Shown one piece after another: positions 13,853 through 26,000 of a stretch of 64,000 bases of DNA. The DNA is from Malacoraja senta. Its lineage: Eukaryota. The notes beneath the pieces are model-generated. The model ran no database searches, was not told the DNA's origin, and saw only the letters and a program-made list of their open reading frames with translations. A program made the translations under genes and the position numbers. The stretch spans positions 3,844,001 to 3,908,000 of the forward strand of contig CM075999.1 of assembly GCA_038087875.1 (NCBI GenBank), read 5' to 3'. The first letter of the stretch is position 1. Each line of letters begins with the position of its first letter.

Positions 13853-14136
13853 AGCACGGTGGCGCAGCGGTAGAGTTGCTGCCTCACAGCGCCAGAAACA
13901 TGGGTTCGATCCTGACAACAGGTGCTGTCTGTACAGAGTTTATACATTCTCCCTGTGACCTGCGTGGGTTTTCTCCGGGTGCTCCGGTTACCTCCCGAAC
14001 TCCAAAGACCTTCAGATTTGTAGGTTAATTGGCTTTGGTAAAATTGTAAATTGTCCCTAGTGTGTAGGATAGTGTTGGTGTGCGGGGATCGCTGGACGAA
14101 GGACCTATTGATGCGCTGCAATTCTAAAGTCTAAAT
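13853..14136 (+). mobile_element. tRNA-derived V-SINE (HE1-like)
   Basis: A-box gtggcgcagcgg, B-box ggttcgatcc and the V core. Further copies near 2830, 15865, 22960, 24055, 26945, 55490, 55705, 57341 and 59305. Confidence 0.85.
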
Positions 14137-14155
14137 TCATAAAGTGTGCGTTTTT

Positions 14156-14932
14156 TTAACAGACAGAGGAGTGTTCTGACTGGCTGTCTTGTTCAATATC
14201 CATGTCCGCCGTTGTCTTGTCAGCGGAGGTGATAGCCGCCGTTAATCTTCTGTCTTTTTCGTTGTTTTCTGCTGCAGAAAACATAGTTTGCTTCCAATGC
14301 ATAAAACAATATCTAATGATCAAAAAGCAGAGCTCGACCACATTCAACAAGATGCACAATGCCGAAATCACCAGCATGAAAATGGTAAAAATAGTTTTCT
14401 CGGTGGGCCTGGAAATGAAGCAGTCTACAGTGTTGGGGCAGGGGTATTCACTGCACTTCACAAGCCGCACCATCTGGTACCCCTCGTAGATCCAGTAAAA
14501 CAAGTACATAAAGCTGGCTTCAAATAGCATCTTGAAGACAAGACTGACCAGGTAAGTCCGTAGAAGAGGGGTGTCGATTTTTATTTTCAGTTTAGCTGCA
14601 TTCAGGTGAAAGATTTTGATGTTCTTCTTGCTTTTTTTCCTTTGGGAGACGTGCATGCCGATGAGTAATGAGGGGACGGACACAAAGAGTAGCTGGAAGA
14701 CCCACAGCCGGATGTGGGAGATGGGGAAGAAGCGGTCGTAGCAGACGTTCCTGCAGCCGGGCTGTTGGGTGTTGCAGACAAAATCGCTCTGCTCGTCTCC
14801 CCACACCGTCTCGGCCGCCACCACCAAGACCAACACGCGGAAAATGAAAATCACCGAGAGCCACACCTTGCCCAGCGACGTGGAGTACTTGTTGACCCCA
14901 TTTAGCAGAGAATGGAGGATATACCATCCCAT
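14156..14932 (-). CDS. Beta-connexin (GJB2/GJB6/GJB1-like), copy B, 258 aa, single coding exon
   Basis: Same connexin motifs as copy A, with a longer C-tail. Homologous acceptor tttaatcctag lies 11 nt before the ATG. Confidence 0.95.
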   Translation of the reverse strand: MGWYILHSLLNGVNKYSTSLGKVWLSVIFIFRVLVLVVAAETVWGDEQSDFVCNTQQPGCRNVCYDRFFPISHIRLWVFQLLFVSVPSLLIGMHVSQRKKSKKNIKIFHLNAAKLKIKIDTPLLRTYLVSLVFKMLFEASFMYLFYWIYEGYQMVRLVKCSEYPCPNTVDCFISRPTEKTIFTIFMLVISALCILLNVVELCFLIIRYCFMHWKQTMFSAAENNEKDRRLTAAITSADKTTADMDIEQDSQSEHSSVC

Positions 14933-17379
14933 TGTTGTTCACTCTAGGATTAAACAGCATCAGTTACTTCACTGATCAAGAAGCGTCTTTACAAATCATT
15001 ACTAAAATCTTGAAGATGCGTGCCTTTCCCATGTACCTGACAACAATGGCTTCTACCTATGTTTCTACGTCAGAGAGTCGTACAGCACAAAAACAAGTCC
15101 TGTGGACCAACTCATCCATGTTGACCAAGATGGTACCCTTGTAACCTATAACCACCTGCCCACGTTTGGCCCATATCCCTCTGACCTATGCTTGTATCTG
15201 ACCTAATGCCTTGTACATATTTTAATTCCTCAACTACCTCTGTGGCAGCTGTTCCATACACACACTATCCTCTGTGTGAAGTGCCTGCTCCTCAAGTCTG
15301 CTTTAAATCTTTCCTCTCTCAACGAACCTTTCTTGCCCATTTTCACGAAAATAAGACTGTCTTTGCTTCTGATTGCAAAAACATGAAATATGTTGTTCTT
15401 TGCCACTCGATTGCTCTGGAAAGTGATGTTTTTTTACTGGAAACGAATCTCTAGGCAATCCTAACTTAGCCTTTCATCATTCCCCTTGTGAGGAGGCCTT
15501 GCATTGTACATGCGTGCATGGGTGCAGGGTACTCTTAAGGTCATAAGTGATAGGAGCAGTATTAGGCCATTCGGCCCATCAAGTCTGTACCACCATTCAA
15601 TCATGGCTGATCTATCTCTCCCTCCTAACACCATTCTCCTGCCTTCTCCCCATAACCCCTGACACCCATACTAATCATGAATCTATCTATCTCTGCTTTA
15701 AAGATATCCAATGACTTGGCCTCCACACCCTTCTGTGGCAAAGAATCCCACAGATTCACCAGACCCACCAGATTTGTGCAATCAGATACAGTACAAGACA
15801 CTAACACTTCTGTGGGATGCCACCATTACATTCAAGAGACAAGTAAAAAGACACTTGCAATGTAGTGGTACAGCTGTCAGAGCCGCTGCCTCACAATGCC
15901 AGGGTCCCGGGTACGTTGCTGACCTCAGGTGCTGTCTGTGCGGAGTTTGTATGTTCTCCCTGTGACCACGTGGGTTTCCTCAGAGTGCTCCAGTTTCCTC
16001 CCACATCAGGAAGACGTGCAGGTTTGTAGGTTGATCGACCTCTGTCAATTGCCCCTGTCGTCTATGGAGTGGATGAGAAAATAGGATAATATCAAACTAA
16101 TATGAACGTGTAATCAATGGTTGGCAGGGACTCAGTGGGCCGAAGGGCCTGATTCCATGCTGTATCTCTAAACAAGATGTTTGATCTTGCAGCATTCAGC
16201 CTGATGCTTCCTACTTCAAAGAATGACTCATGGTGATAAACCTACATCAATGAAATGATTAAGAAGGAACTGCTGGAAAAATCGAAGGTAGACAAAAATG
16301 CTGGAGAAACTCAGCAGGGTGAGGCAGCATCTATGGAGCGAAGGAATGGGTGACGTTTCCGGTCGAGACCCTTCTTCAGAGGGTCTGCACCCTGTGTCTG
16401 CACCCAATATACAAACAATTGCTATTGAAGACACTTTACACTTTTGGAAGCTGTTGCTACCAGGTGTTAAAACCTCATAATGCAACAATCGCAGTTGATC
16501 ATTTTTGTCACGGACGTGGATATGTTTTGAGTTACTCCAGCACACTGTGCCTTTTCTTGTAAACCAGCATCTGCAATTCCTTTTGTCTATATTTATATTT
16601 TACGGTTTCACTGGGAAATCTCCTCAAGGTATACCTAGTTCTCCTCCTCTCTCTGACTGGAGTTGTGTGATGCCCTCTCTCACTGCCCCCCCTGTGTGAT
16701 TCCTGCTGCACTCTTGCTCCTTTGTTCTCTCGTCAGGGTTTGTCTGGCTCCCACCTCTCTTCCATCTTTCTTCACCCTCGTACAATCAGTCCCAAGACGA
16801 GTTCCAACCTGAAACATCACCTATCCATTTGTTCCAGGGATGCTGGACCCACTAAGTTACCTGATATTGAACTCAATGGGTTTTTAACAGCGACATGATA
16901 ATTTAACGGGCAATAATACTCATTTTTTATCCCAAAGTTTCTACCCATATAATGGAAAGATTAGAAAAAGAGAAATTAACAAATACCTAAAAGCAAAAAC
17001 AAATTAAATAAACTCCAAAAAAGGCAGATGACCACTAACAATCATATATAGCAAATATTTAAGCATCTTCCATTTTTTTATATGGTAAAAATATAAGAAA
17101 TAGGAATGTCAGGAGAGCATTTGATGTTTTGAGCTTGCTCTTTGTTCATTGAGATCATGTTTCACCCACCTGAGCACCATTTTCCTGTATTATCCTAATT
17201 AATATTCCATTAATATTCAAAGGTGTCAAGTGCAGGAAAAAGCCAGTAATCCACTGCCCGGGGATTTAGATCTGACTCAGCAGGGTCGGACCCCAGTGCC
17301 TCACTGCCTTGTAGAGACAGGGAACTGCAGATGTTGGTTGTGGACAATAAAGTTCATTGCAGGTCAATTTAACTGAGTT

Positions 17380-17790
17380 TGATGAAGGATCCCGACGTAA
17401 AACATCACCTATCCATGTTCTCCAGAGATGCTACCTGACCCGCTAAGTTATTCCAGCACTCTGAAACGTCACCTATCCATGTTCTCCACATATGCTGCCT
17501 GATCTGCTGAGTTACTCCAGCACTCTGTGAAACGTCACCTATCCACGTTCTCCACATATGCTGCCTGATCTGCTGAGTTACTCCAGCACTCTGTGAAATG
17601 TCACCTATCCATGTTCCCCACAGATGCTGCCTGACCCGCTGAGTTACTCCAGCACTCTGTGAAACGTCACCTATCCATGTTCTCCACATATGCTGCCTGA
17701 TCTGCTGAGTTACTCCAGCACTCTGTGAAACGTCACCTATCCATGTTCTCCACAGATACTGCCTGACCCGTTGAGTTACCATAACACTCT
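17380..17790 (+). repeat. Minisatellite, ~6 x 66 bp, derived from the Penelope terminal repeat
   Basis: gaaa(c/t)gtcacctatcc recurs at 17463, 17529, 17595, 17661 and 17727, a period of 66. Confidence 0.9.
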
Positions 17791-19214
17791 AATTCTTCCT
17801 TCACTGCCTTCCCCACTCACTGGAGACCCAGCACCACATCTGCCTCCCCACTCACCAGTGTTCTGGTCCCTGCACTCCCTTTACACTCACTGTGACCCAG
17901 ACATCCAATAGTCCAGAAACTCTCCGAGTTCGGCACCACCAGTCCCAAGTCTATCTTCCCTAAACCCCACAGTTTTGGGCTAAACATCTTTCAACATTTT
18001 GTGCTGGAGTAACTCAGCGGGTCAGGCAGCATCTCTTGAGGGATTGGGTAGGCGACTTTTCACGATGTTTCTTCTAAAGAGTGCCGATCCAAAATGTCCA
18101 TTCCTTCACAGATGCTGCCTGACCCACTTAATTCCTCGAGCACTCAGCATTGTACTCAACATTCCAGCATCTACAGTTCCTCGTGTCTCCATCTTTCAAC
18201 ATTTTCTTTCACAATCTCCAAGCCCTTGCTTTGATTGATGTCACAAAGGGCTCTGTTTCTCAGCTGTCACTGTTGCCCCAAGCTGTAAAACCATTCTACA
18301 CTAATTCCTATATCACGCATCCTCAAAAATGATTCATTGCCCTCCTATGCTGACTCATGTTCTTCTGATGTCATGAAATGGTGGAATTCTTTGAATCCCT
18401 CAGTCATTCCTTTCTCCTATATTCATTTTTTTTAAACAAGCAAACCTGCGGTCTCATTTTGTGAAGACATCTCCGTCTCATGAAACACAGTAGTGTGTTG
18501 GCTTCCTCCCAAGGGGTCTATGTCACTACTCGTGCTCCAATTACTCCTTCTCCTCATTGAGATCATTTACCATATACCATTAAATGTGAGACAGGTCGCC
18601 TCCAGATTCAGGGACAGTTTCTTCCCAGCTGTCATCAGGCAACTCAGCCATCCTATCACCAACTAGACAGTGGTCCTGACCTACCATCTACCTCATTGGA
18701 GAACCTCGAACTATATATTCAATCCGACTTTATCTTGCACTAAACGTTATTCCATTTATCCTGTATCTGTACACGGTGAGACGGTTTGATTGTAATCATG
18801 TATAGCCTTTTCACTAACTGGATAGCACACACCAAAAAATTGTCATTGTTCCTCAGTACAGGTGACAATAATAAACTCAGCTGTACTAGCTTCTCACTAA
18901 AATAATATTCTCCTTGATTCCTTATAGAAAATAAGTAGGCCATTCGGCCCTTTGAGCCAGCACCACCATTCAATGTGATCATGGCTGATCATCCACAATC
19001 AGTACCCCATTCCTGCCTTCTCTCCATATCCCTTGATTCCGCTAGCCCTAAGAGCTCTATCTAACTCTCTTTTGAATGCATCCAGTGAATCGGCCTCCAC
19101 TGCCTTCTGAGGCAGAGATTCACAACTTTCTGGATCTTTGTGAACACTTCGGATCCACTTTCCCAATGACTATGCTTTCAGAGTCATCAATACCTCAATC
19201 AGTCTTTTATTTAA

Positions 19215-19485
19215 AGAGAGACACAAATCGCTGGAGTGACTCCGGGTCAGGCAGCATCTCTGGAGGAAAAGGATAGGTGATGTTTTGGGTTGAGACCTTT
19301 CTTCAGTCTGAAAGTAGAGGGGGGAGAGTGCAGAGGCGGAGGCGAAAAAATGGTCAAAGAAGGGTTCCGACCCGAAACATCACCTATCCTTTTTCTCCAG
19401 AGATGCTGCCTGACCCACTAAGTAACTCCAGTACTTTGTGTCTATCTTTGGTATAAACCAGCACCTGTAGTTCTTGTTTCTACAT
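19215..19485. mobile_element. Inverted pair of Penelope-like terminal repeats (MITE-like)
   Basis: Arms at ~19215-19310 and ~19355-19485 are reverse complements around a purine-rich spacer. Confidence 0.7.
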
Positions 19486-22400
19486 TTAGTCTTTTATCTA
19501 GACTGATTGTTCAATGTTTTCCAATAATTATAACATCTCAGTTATGGCATCTTGTGATTTGTTTTAAAAAGATGATTAAAGGTTAAAAATGACATTGGAG
19601 AAATATCTCCTTCTGTAATCAGACGAGTATTTGAGTACACAAAGGCCGGTCCACCCCTTGAGAGTCAAGTGTCAAATATGTCCTGAAACGGAACAATGAA
19701 ATGCTTGCCTTTTCCATCACTTATTAAAATCATGGCTGAGATAATATCATAACCTCAACTCTACATTCCCATCTGTTTGAATAAACTTTCACTCCCTTAC
19801 TTGTCAAGAATGTGTTTGCCGCTGTCTTAAAAAATATTCAAAGCCTCTATTTGCAACATTCTTTAAGAGAAAGAGATCCAAGACTCACAACACTCTCTAG
19901 TGAAAGGGCAATCCTTGTTCTTGATTCTTTCACAAGAAGCCATGTCTGCTCCACAATCATCCTGTCGTGATCGTCAGGATTTTAAACGTTTCAATTCCAC
20001 TCTCACTCTTCAAATCCACAGTGGATACAAACTCATACTGTCAAGTCTTTCCTCATTAGACAACCCACCCATCCCATACAGTCATCCCCTGACTGTCTGA
20101 AGACGGGTCTCAACCCGAAACATCACCTATTCCTTTTCTTCAGAGATGCGGTCTGACCCGCTGAGTTACTCCAGCATTTTGTGTACCTGACTGCAGGTAA
20201 TTCTTCTCCACCAATCAATTAACACCTTATATATTTTTAACTGTAAGCATCGGAAATATGATCTTGGCTTACCTTGGATAAAACGAGGAATTATTTTTCG
20301 TATCGCATAAAGCATTAGGTGAGCTCTGACGGGAATCTCCTAGGCTGACATCCAGCCTAGACAGCTTTGCCCATTGTCTGATAACCAGGAGCAGAATCAG
20401 ATGGAAATAAACAACTGAAACATAATTAAATAAATGAAGAATGTGGATGGACCTGCTGCAGAGAATGACATTCAAAACATCTATAATACGTCCCGTATGG
20501 ATTATATAAAAGCAACCAAGCACGTATTGACCGGGGTTAAGGAAAGAGCGTTCACGTCGCGGCCCTGTGTCCACCAATCTTTCCACCACCACGCACAAGA
20601 AGCGCAGACGGCCAAGATGCCATTGTAGGAAGTGTGTTCAGCTCTGGCTGAACAATTTCTAATCTTGTGAAAAAGAGTTAAAGAAGGAACTGCAGATGCT
20701 GGAAAAGATATACCTTGTGTACCTTCTAATCTTGTGATGTGGACTCGATAAGAAGAAGACTTATTGACTTAGTTGTAGCTAGCTTAGAAGGGCTGAACAT
20801 TGTTTTAGTGAAGAATGGTGGGTGGGGTTGGTGTCATGAGATATTTCTTGACACCTTTTAGGAGTGGCATAGAATCACAAACTTGTTGATTGGAGAGTGT
20901 TTTTAATTCATTTACAATTTACAGGTATCAATGGCAAATGGGACTAGACCAGTCAACTTGTTTGGCTTGGACAAGGTGGGCCAAAGGTCCTGTTTCCGTG
21001 CTGTACAGCTCTATAATTCCATGAGTCTAAAGGCAAAGCAGGTATTAATGGTTCATCCACATTGGCCTTGAGAAGAGATGGTGCACTGCCTTCATGAAAG
21101 CAGTAGCTCTTTTGGTAAAAGTGCTCCTGAATGCAGTCTGGGAGGGAGTTCCAGGATTTAGAAGGATACAGGATTGGTGTTGTATTTCCAGGTCAGGATG
21201 GTTGCAACTTGTTGTCCCATGCACCTGCTGTCCTCTGCCCTTTGTGATGGTTGAGGTGGTGTGGGAGATAAGGAACTGGAGTGTCCATCTCTTGTACATC
21301 AATGGTGGCGGACGATAACGTTGATGTGTGTTGGTCAAGTGGGTTGCTCTGTCCCGGGTGGCATCTAGTTGCTGTGATCAGTTGTTGGTGCTGCGCTCAT
21401 CCAGGCAAGTGGACAACATTCCATCACACTTAACACATGGCAATGTTAATGATGCAAGACATTGGGGTGTTAGAAAAAGAGTCATTCGCTGCAACATATC
21501 GGCCTCGGACTTGCTCGTAGTCACAGTATTTATATGGCAGATCCAGTCCAGATACTATCAACTACCCCCACAAAGGTAAGAGATTTGGTAATGATAACGC
21601 CACTAAATGTCAAGGCTAGGTGGTTCCATTCACTCCTGTTGGAGATGATCAGTTCGGTTGATTAGTGCGGGTGTCAGAGGTTATGGGGAGAAGGCAGAAG
21701 AATGGGGTTAGGAGGGAGAGATAGATCAGCCATGATTGAATGGCGGAGTAGACTTAATGGGCCGAATGGCCTAATTCTGCTCCTATCATATATGAGCTTA
21801 TGATATTTTAGATCACCTGACACCTTTGTGATGCAAATATTACACGCCACCTTTCATGTCCTCCCACATGTGGTTAAAGTGCACATTGTCAGATTTTAAT
21901 AAAAGCAAATTTTAGACATTTTGGTTTCACCATGGTGGCACAATTTGCAGAGGGGTCGGACTTCCTGATTGTGTTATTTGTCGCCATCTGCTGTGGCTAC
22001 TGCACATCAGTGACAGTGGGAAATAATGTTGACCGGTGTCAAATGGGCTGCTTCGTTCCGTTGGCACCCAGCGTCTTGAGACTTGCTGGTGCTGCAATCA
22101 TCTTTACTATTTTGGAACGTACTGTAGTTTATTGCAAAGAAATTATATTCTAGTAAACTTTAATTCCACGTACACACGGCTGAGACAGTCTAGTTTTTTG
22201 TTGTAAGGGTTTTCAGAAACCGGCGGGAAAGTGCAGCGTAGGCACAAATCAAAATCAATCATGAAGCTGCAGAAGGTACAGTATGTGGAGCTAAGTTGTC
22301 CATTGTTACTCTTATCCAGGGAGACAAAAATGCTGGAGACACTCAGCGGGTGAGGCAGCATCTATGGAGCGAAGGAAATAGGCGACGTCTCGGGTCGAGA

Positions 22401-23054
22401 CCAAGGACTATTTTTTTCAGAAATAAATAAGTGCACAAATAATTGAAGTGCAAAATATACAAGCTAAATCCCACTAAAAGCAGCCGTGAGCGGATAATGT
22501 GTGCATAGTGCAAGAATACAAATAATAATACATCACTGAGATCAGCACACGTGATGCTCCAAATTGCTCCGATGCCATTCAAATATGCACTCAAGTAAGA
22601 CCTGTACAACTTGTTAAACAAGAAAATAGCACAGGTTACATGTGCGTAATCAAAGTACTTCTAAAATATTTTTAAATACTTCTAAAATAAAAATATTTTC
22701 TCATCTGCACAACAGAAAATAATTTGTCATCGTCAACTTTCCGCAGCTTCAGATATGGAGGCTTTTCCATTTTGGCAGAGATGCTTTTTGTAAATACTGT
22801 ACTAATAACCAGGGCAAAGAATCTGGATGTAAAATAACTAAGAGTGGAAAAACCTGACCCAAACATCACCGAATAAATCAGCTTCCACAGAACACGTGAC
22901 TGCGTGAAGTATTGGAGGTATTCGTGGAATGAATGCTTTTGTAAGGCATCATTTGATTTAAAGATACAGCATTGAAAAAGGCCCTTCTACCCACCGAGTC
23001 CACGCTGACCATCGATCACCCGTTCACACCAGTTTTATGTTATCCCACTTTCTC

Positions 23055-26000
23055 ATTTATTCCCTACACACTCGGGGCAATTTACAGAGGGCCAATTACG
23101 CTACAAACCTGCACGTCTTTGGGATGTGGGAGAAGACTAGAGCACCAGGCAGACACAAACACAAGTCACAGGGAGAACGTGCAAACTCCACACAGAAAGT
23201 AGCCACAGTCAGGGTCTCTGGCACTGTACGGCAGCAACCCTACCACTGTGCCAAAAACTGGTAATATCATTGAAGAAAAATGGGGTTTGAAGAGGAAAAC
23301 CACGTGCCAGCAAAATACATAGTGAATTGTGCAGCAGTGGTCCCTTCCTTCCCATTTGCTTCTTCTTCTTGCGTGTGGTGTGCACAGCCTAAAGTTGTAG
23401 GTCAACTTGTACTATTTGATCTCAAGTCAAGTCACATTTATATAGCACATTTAAAAAACAACTCTCGTTGACCAATGTGCTTTACATTTGTTATAAGAAT
23501 AGTATAAACAAACAAACTACATACATACATACATATAGCCCTCGCTCAGAGGATGTCAAGAAAGGCTTGGGAGTATAGATAAGTTTTTAGTCTTGACTTA
23601 AAGGAGTCGATGGAGGGGGCAGTTCTGATGGGAAGGGGGATGCTGTTCCACAGTCTAGGAGCTGCAACCCCTATTTGTTTGTGCACGTCGGGTTGATTGC
23701 CTTAGTCGAAACAGGGTAGACCACGTGAAGGTTGCAATCTCCCACCCCTCCCATATGTTTGTGATACCTGGACTCAAGGTACTGGCAGATACCATCGTTG
23801 CGTCTCTGCAGAATCCTCCAGATGCACTGGAGAATAAGCAAACTAACATCAATGTCCAGAGTCAACATAATCAAAGACACAATCACGATGGAAACACTAA
23901 GCAGGTCAGGGACCATTATGTGAAAAGAGAAACAGATAAGTGTTTCAAATCCTGAGCCCAAGGTCAAGGGTGGGAAAGAAACAAAAACAAGTTAGATTTC
24001 CGGAGACAACATGAAGATTGGACTGAGCAGAGGAGCTCCCCAAAGGGTGACCCAGTGCTGCAGCTGGTAGAGCTGCCCCCCTCTCAGCATCAAAGACACA
24101 AGTTCGATCCTAACCTTGGGTGCTGTCTGTGTGGAGTTTGCACATTCTCCACGTGGGCTTCCTCTGGTGCTTCAATTTCCTCCCACATCCCCAAGACGTA
24201 CGGGTTTGTAGGTTAATCGGCCCTCTGTAAATTGCCCCTAGAGTGTAGGGAGTGGATGAGAAAATGGGATAACATAGAATTAGTGTGAATGAGTGATCAA
24301 TGGACTAGGCTTGGCGAAGGACCTGTTTCCATGCTGTATCTCTAAACCTAAGACTCTCAAAGCAGCCACCCAATCTGCATTAGTTGTCTCCAGTGTAAAG
24401 GAGACCTCACTTGGAAGAAGCAAGTGAATTGTTCTTTCACTTGGAAGGACTGTTTGATCCCCTGGATGGTGGGAAAGGAAGAGATGAAAGGCCAGCTGTG
24501 GCATCTCCTGCAGCTGCTTTGGACAAAGTTTTAAGATGGAGAGTGGTTGATGGGGGGTGGAAGAGCTGACCAGGGACGTTTGAAAGGAGTGATCTCTGTG
24601 AAATGTTGAAATTGTGTTTGGTGGTGGAATTTTTTTAGGTGCTGGCAGAAATTACAAAGGATGATCTGTTGAATGTTTAGGGTGCTGAGGTGTAAGGTAA
24701 AGACTAGAGGAACTCTGTTGGAGAAACAATGAACTGCACCTGCTGCTTTACAAAAAGAATGATAAAGTGCTGAAGTAACTCCACAGGTCAGGCAGCATCT
24801 CTGGAGAACGTGGATAGGTGACGTTTTGTGTCGGGGACCTTCTTCAGTCCAGAAACTGCAGTTATTTGTTTCTACATTTCAGAGTCTGAACCAGGGTGCG
24901 GACCCGAAACATCACCTATCCTTGTTCTCCACAGATGCTGCCTGATCCGCTGAGTTACTCTAGCACTTTGTGTCTCTCCAGGTAGAACTCTATTCTTGCT
25001 CTGTCCATAAGGAATATCTGGTCAAGAGCTCCATCCAAGGAGAAGCCATGATTCAATTATTCAGTGGTTCAATGGAGCTTTATTTTTGCATATTTACAAA
25101 TGCGGGCACCACCATGTTTTGGCGCCATTCCCAAAGTCCAAAGTCCGGTCCGCCCGCACTCTCGGTCCACAGGTAAGCCCCAGGCTCCTACAGGACCTTC
25201 CTCCATCGCCTTCGACCAGATCGGCCCGTGAACCGACGCCCCTCTCCTCTTCTGGCCAGCAGTGGTGCCTCTAATTTGGGAAGACATTTCAGGTTTCCAG
25301 TATCTGTAGATTTTTTATATGTTTTAGTCAAAAACAAAATGTTTTGGGGAAACCTATATAAATCAGTAATTACGATAGGACTGGTTGTGTTGACATTTAG
25401 CGTCCTTTGCCTGGAAGATGAGGACAAGCAGTCCTCTTTGACTGTCAGATAAATGCAAAATGCTGGAGTAACTCAGCGGGTCAGACATCATCTCTGGAGA
25501 AAAGGAATAGGTAAAGTTTCGGGTTGAGACCCATCTTCAGACTGATGTCCGGGGAGTGGGCGGTACAGAGATAAAATGTAGCTGGAGACAGTAAGACTGG
25601 TAGGAAAACTGGGAATGGGGCGGAGATGGAGAGCGAGGGAAAGCAAGGGCTACTTGAAGTTTGGGAAGTCAAATACATTAAGTACGTTTGAATACTTTAT
25701 GCTTATTCACATGTCACTGCTCTTTGCATTTCTGCCTCAGGAGATGACTCCTGAAAAAACAACTTAATTTTAAATAGTGCCTTGGCATGGGAGATTGTCA
25801 CATGGCATGACACGTGATGTAATCACAAAGATCAGCAGCCAAGCCAAAGGGAGGGTGACTGAGAACAGACAAAGGTTTCATATGACTCTCACCTGTCAAC
25901 TCATGATCAGGCACAAGGCTTTCCTCATGACCTTTTATGCTCTGTAAATTTATTCCCTACACACTCGGGGCAATATACAGAGGGCCAATTACGCTACAAA

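Noticed and set aside
13853-13930. tRNA-like A/B boxes as tRNA genes
   Set aside because: They continue into the V-SINE core and occur in many decayed copies, so they are SINE heads.
17405-17782. 125-aa repetitive ORF; CRISPR-like appearance
   Set aside because: By-product of a 66-bp (22-codon) tandem repeat. There are no unique spacers and the context is eukaryotic.
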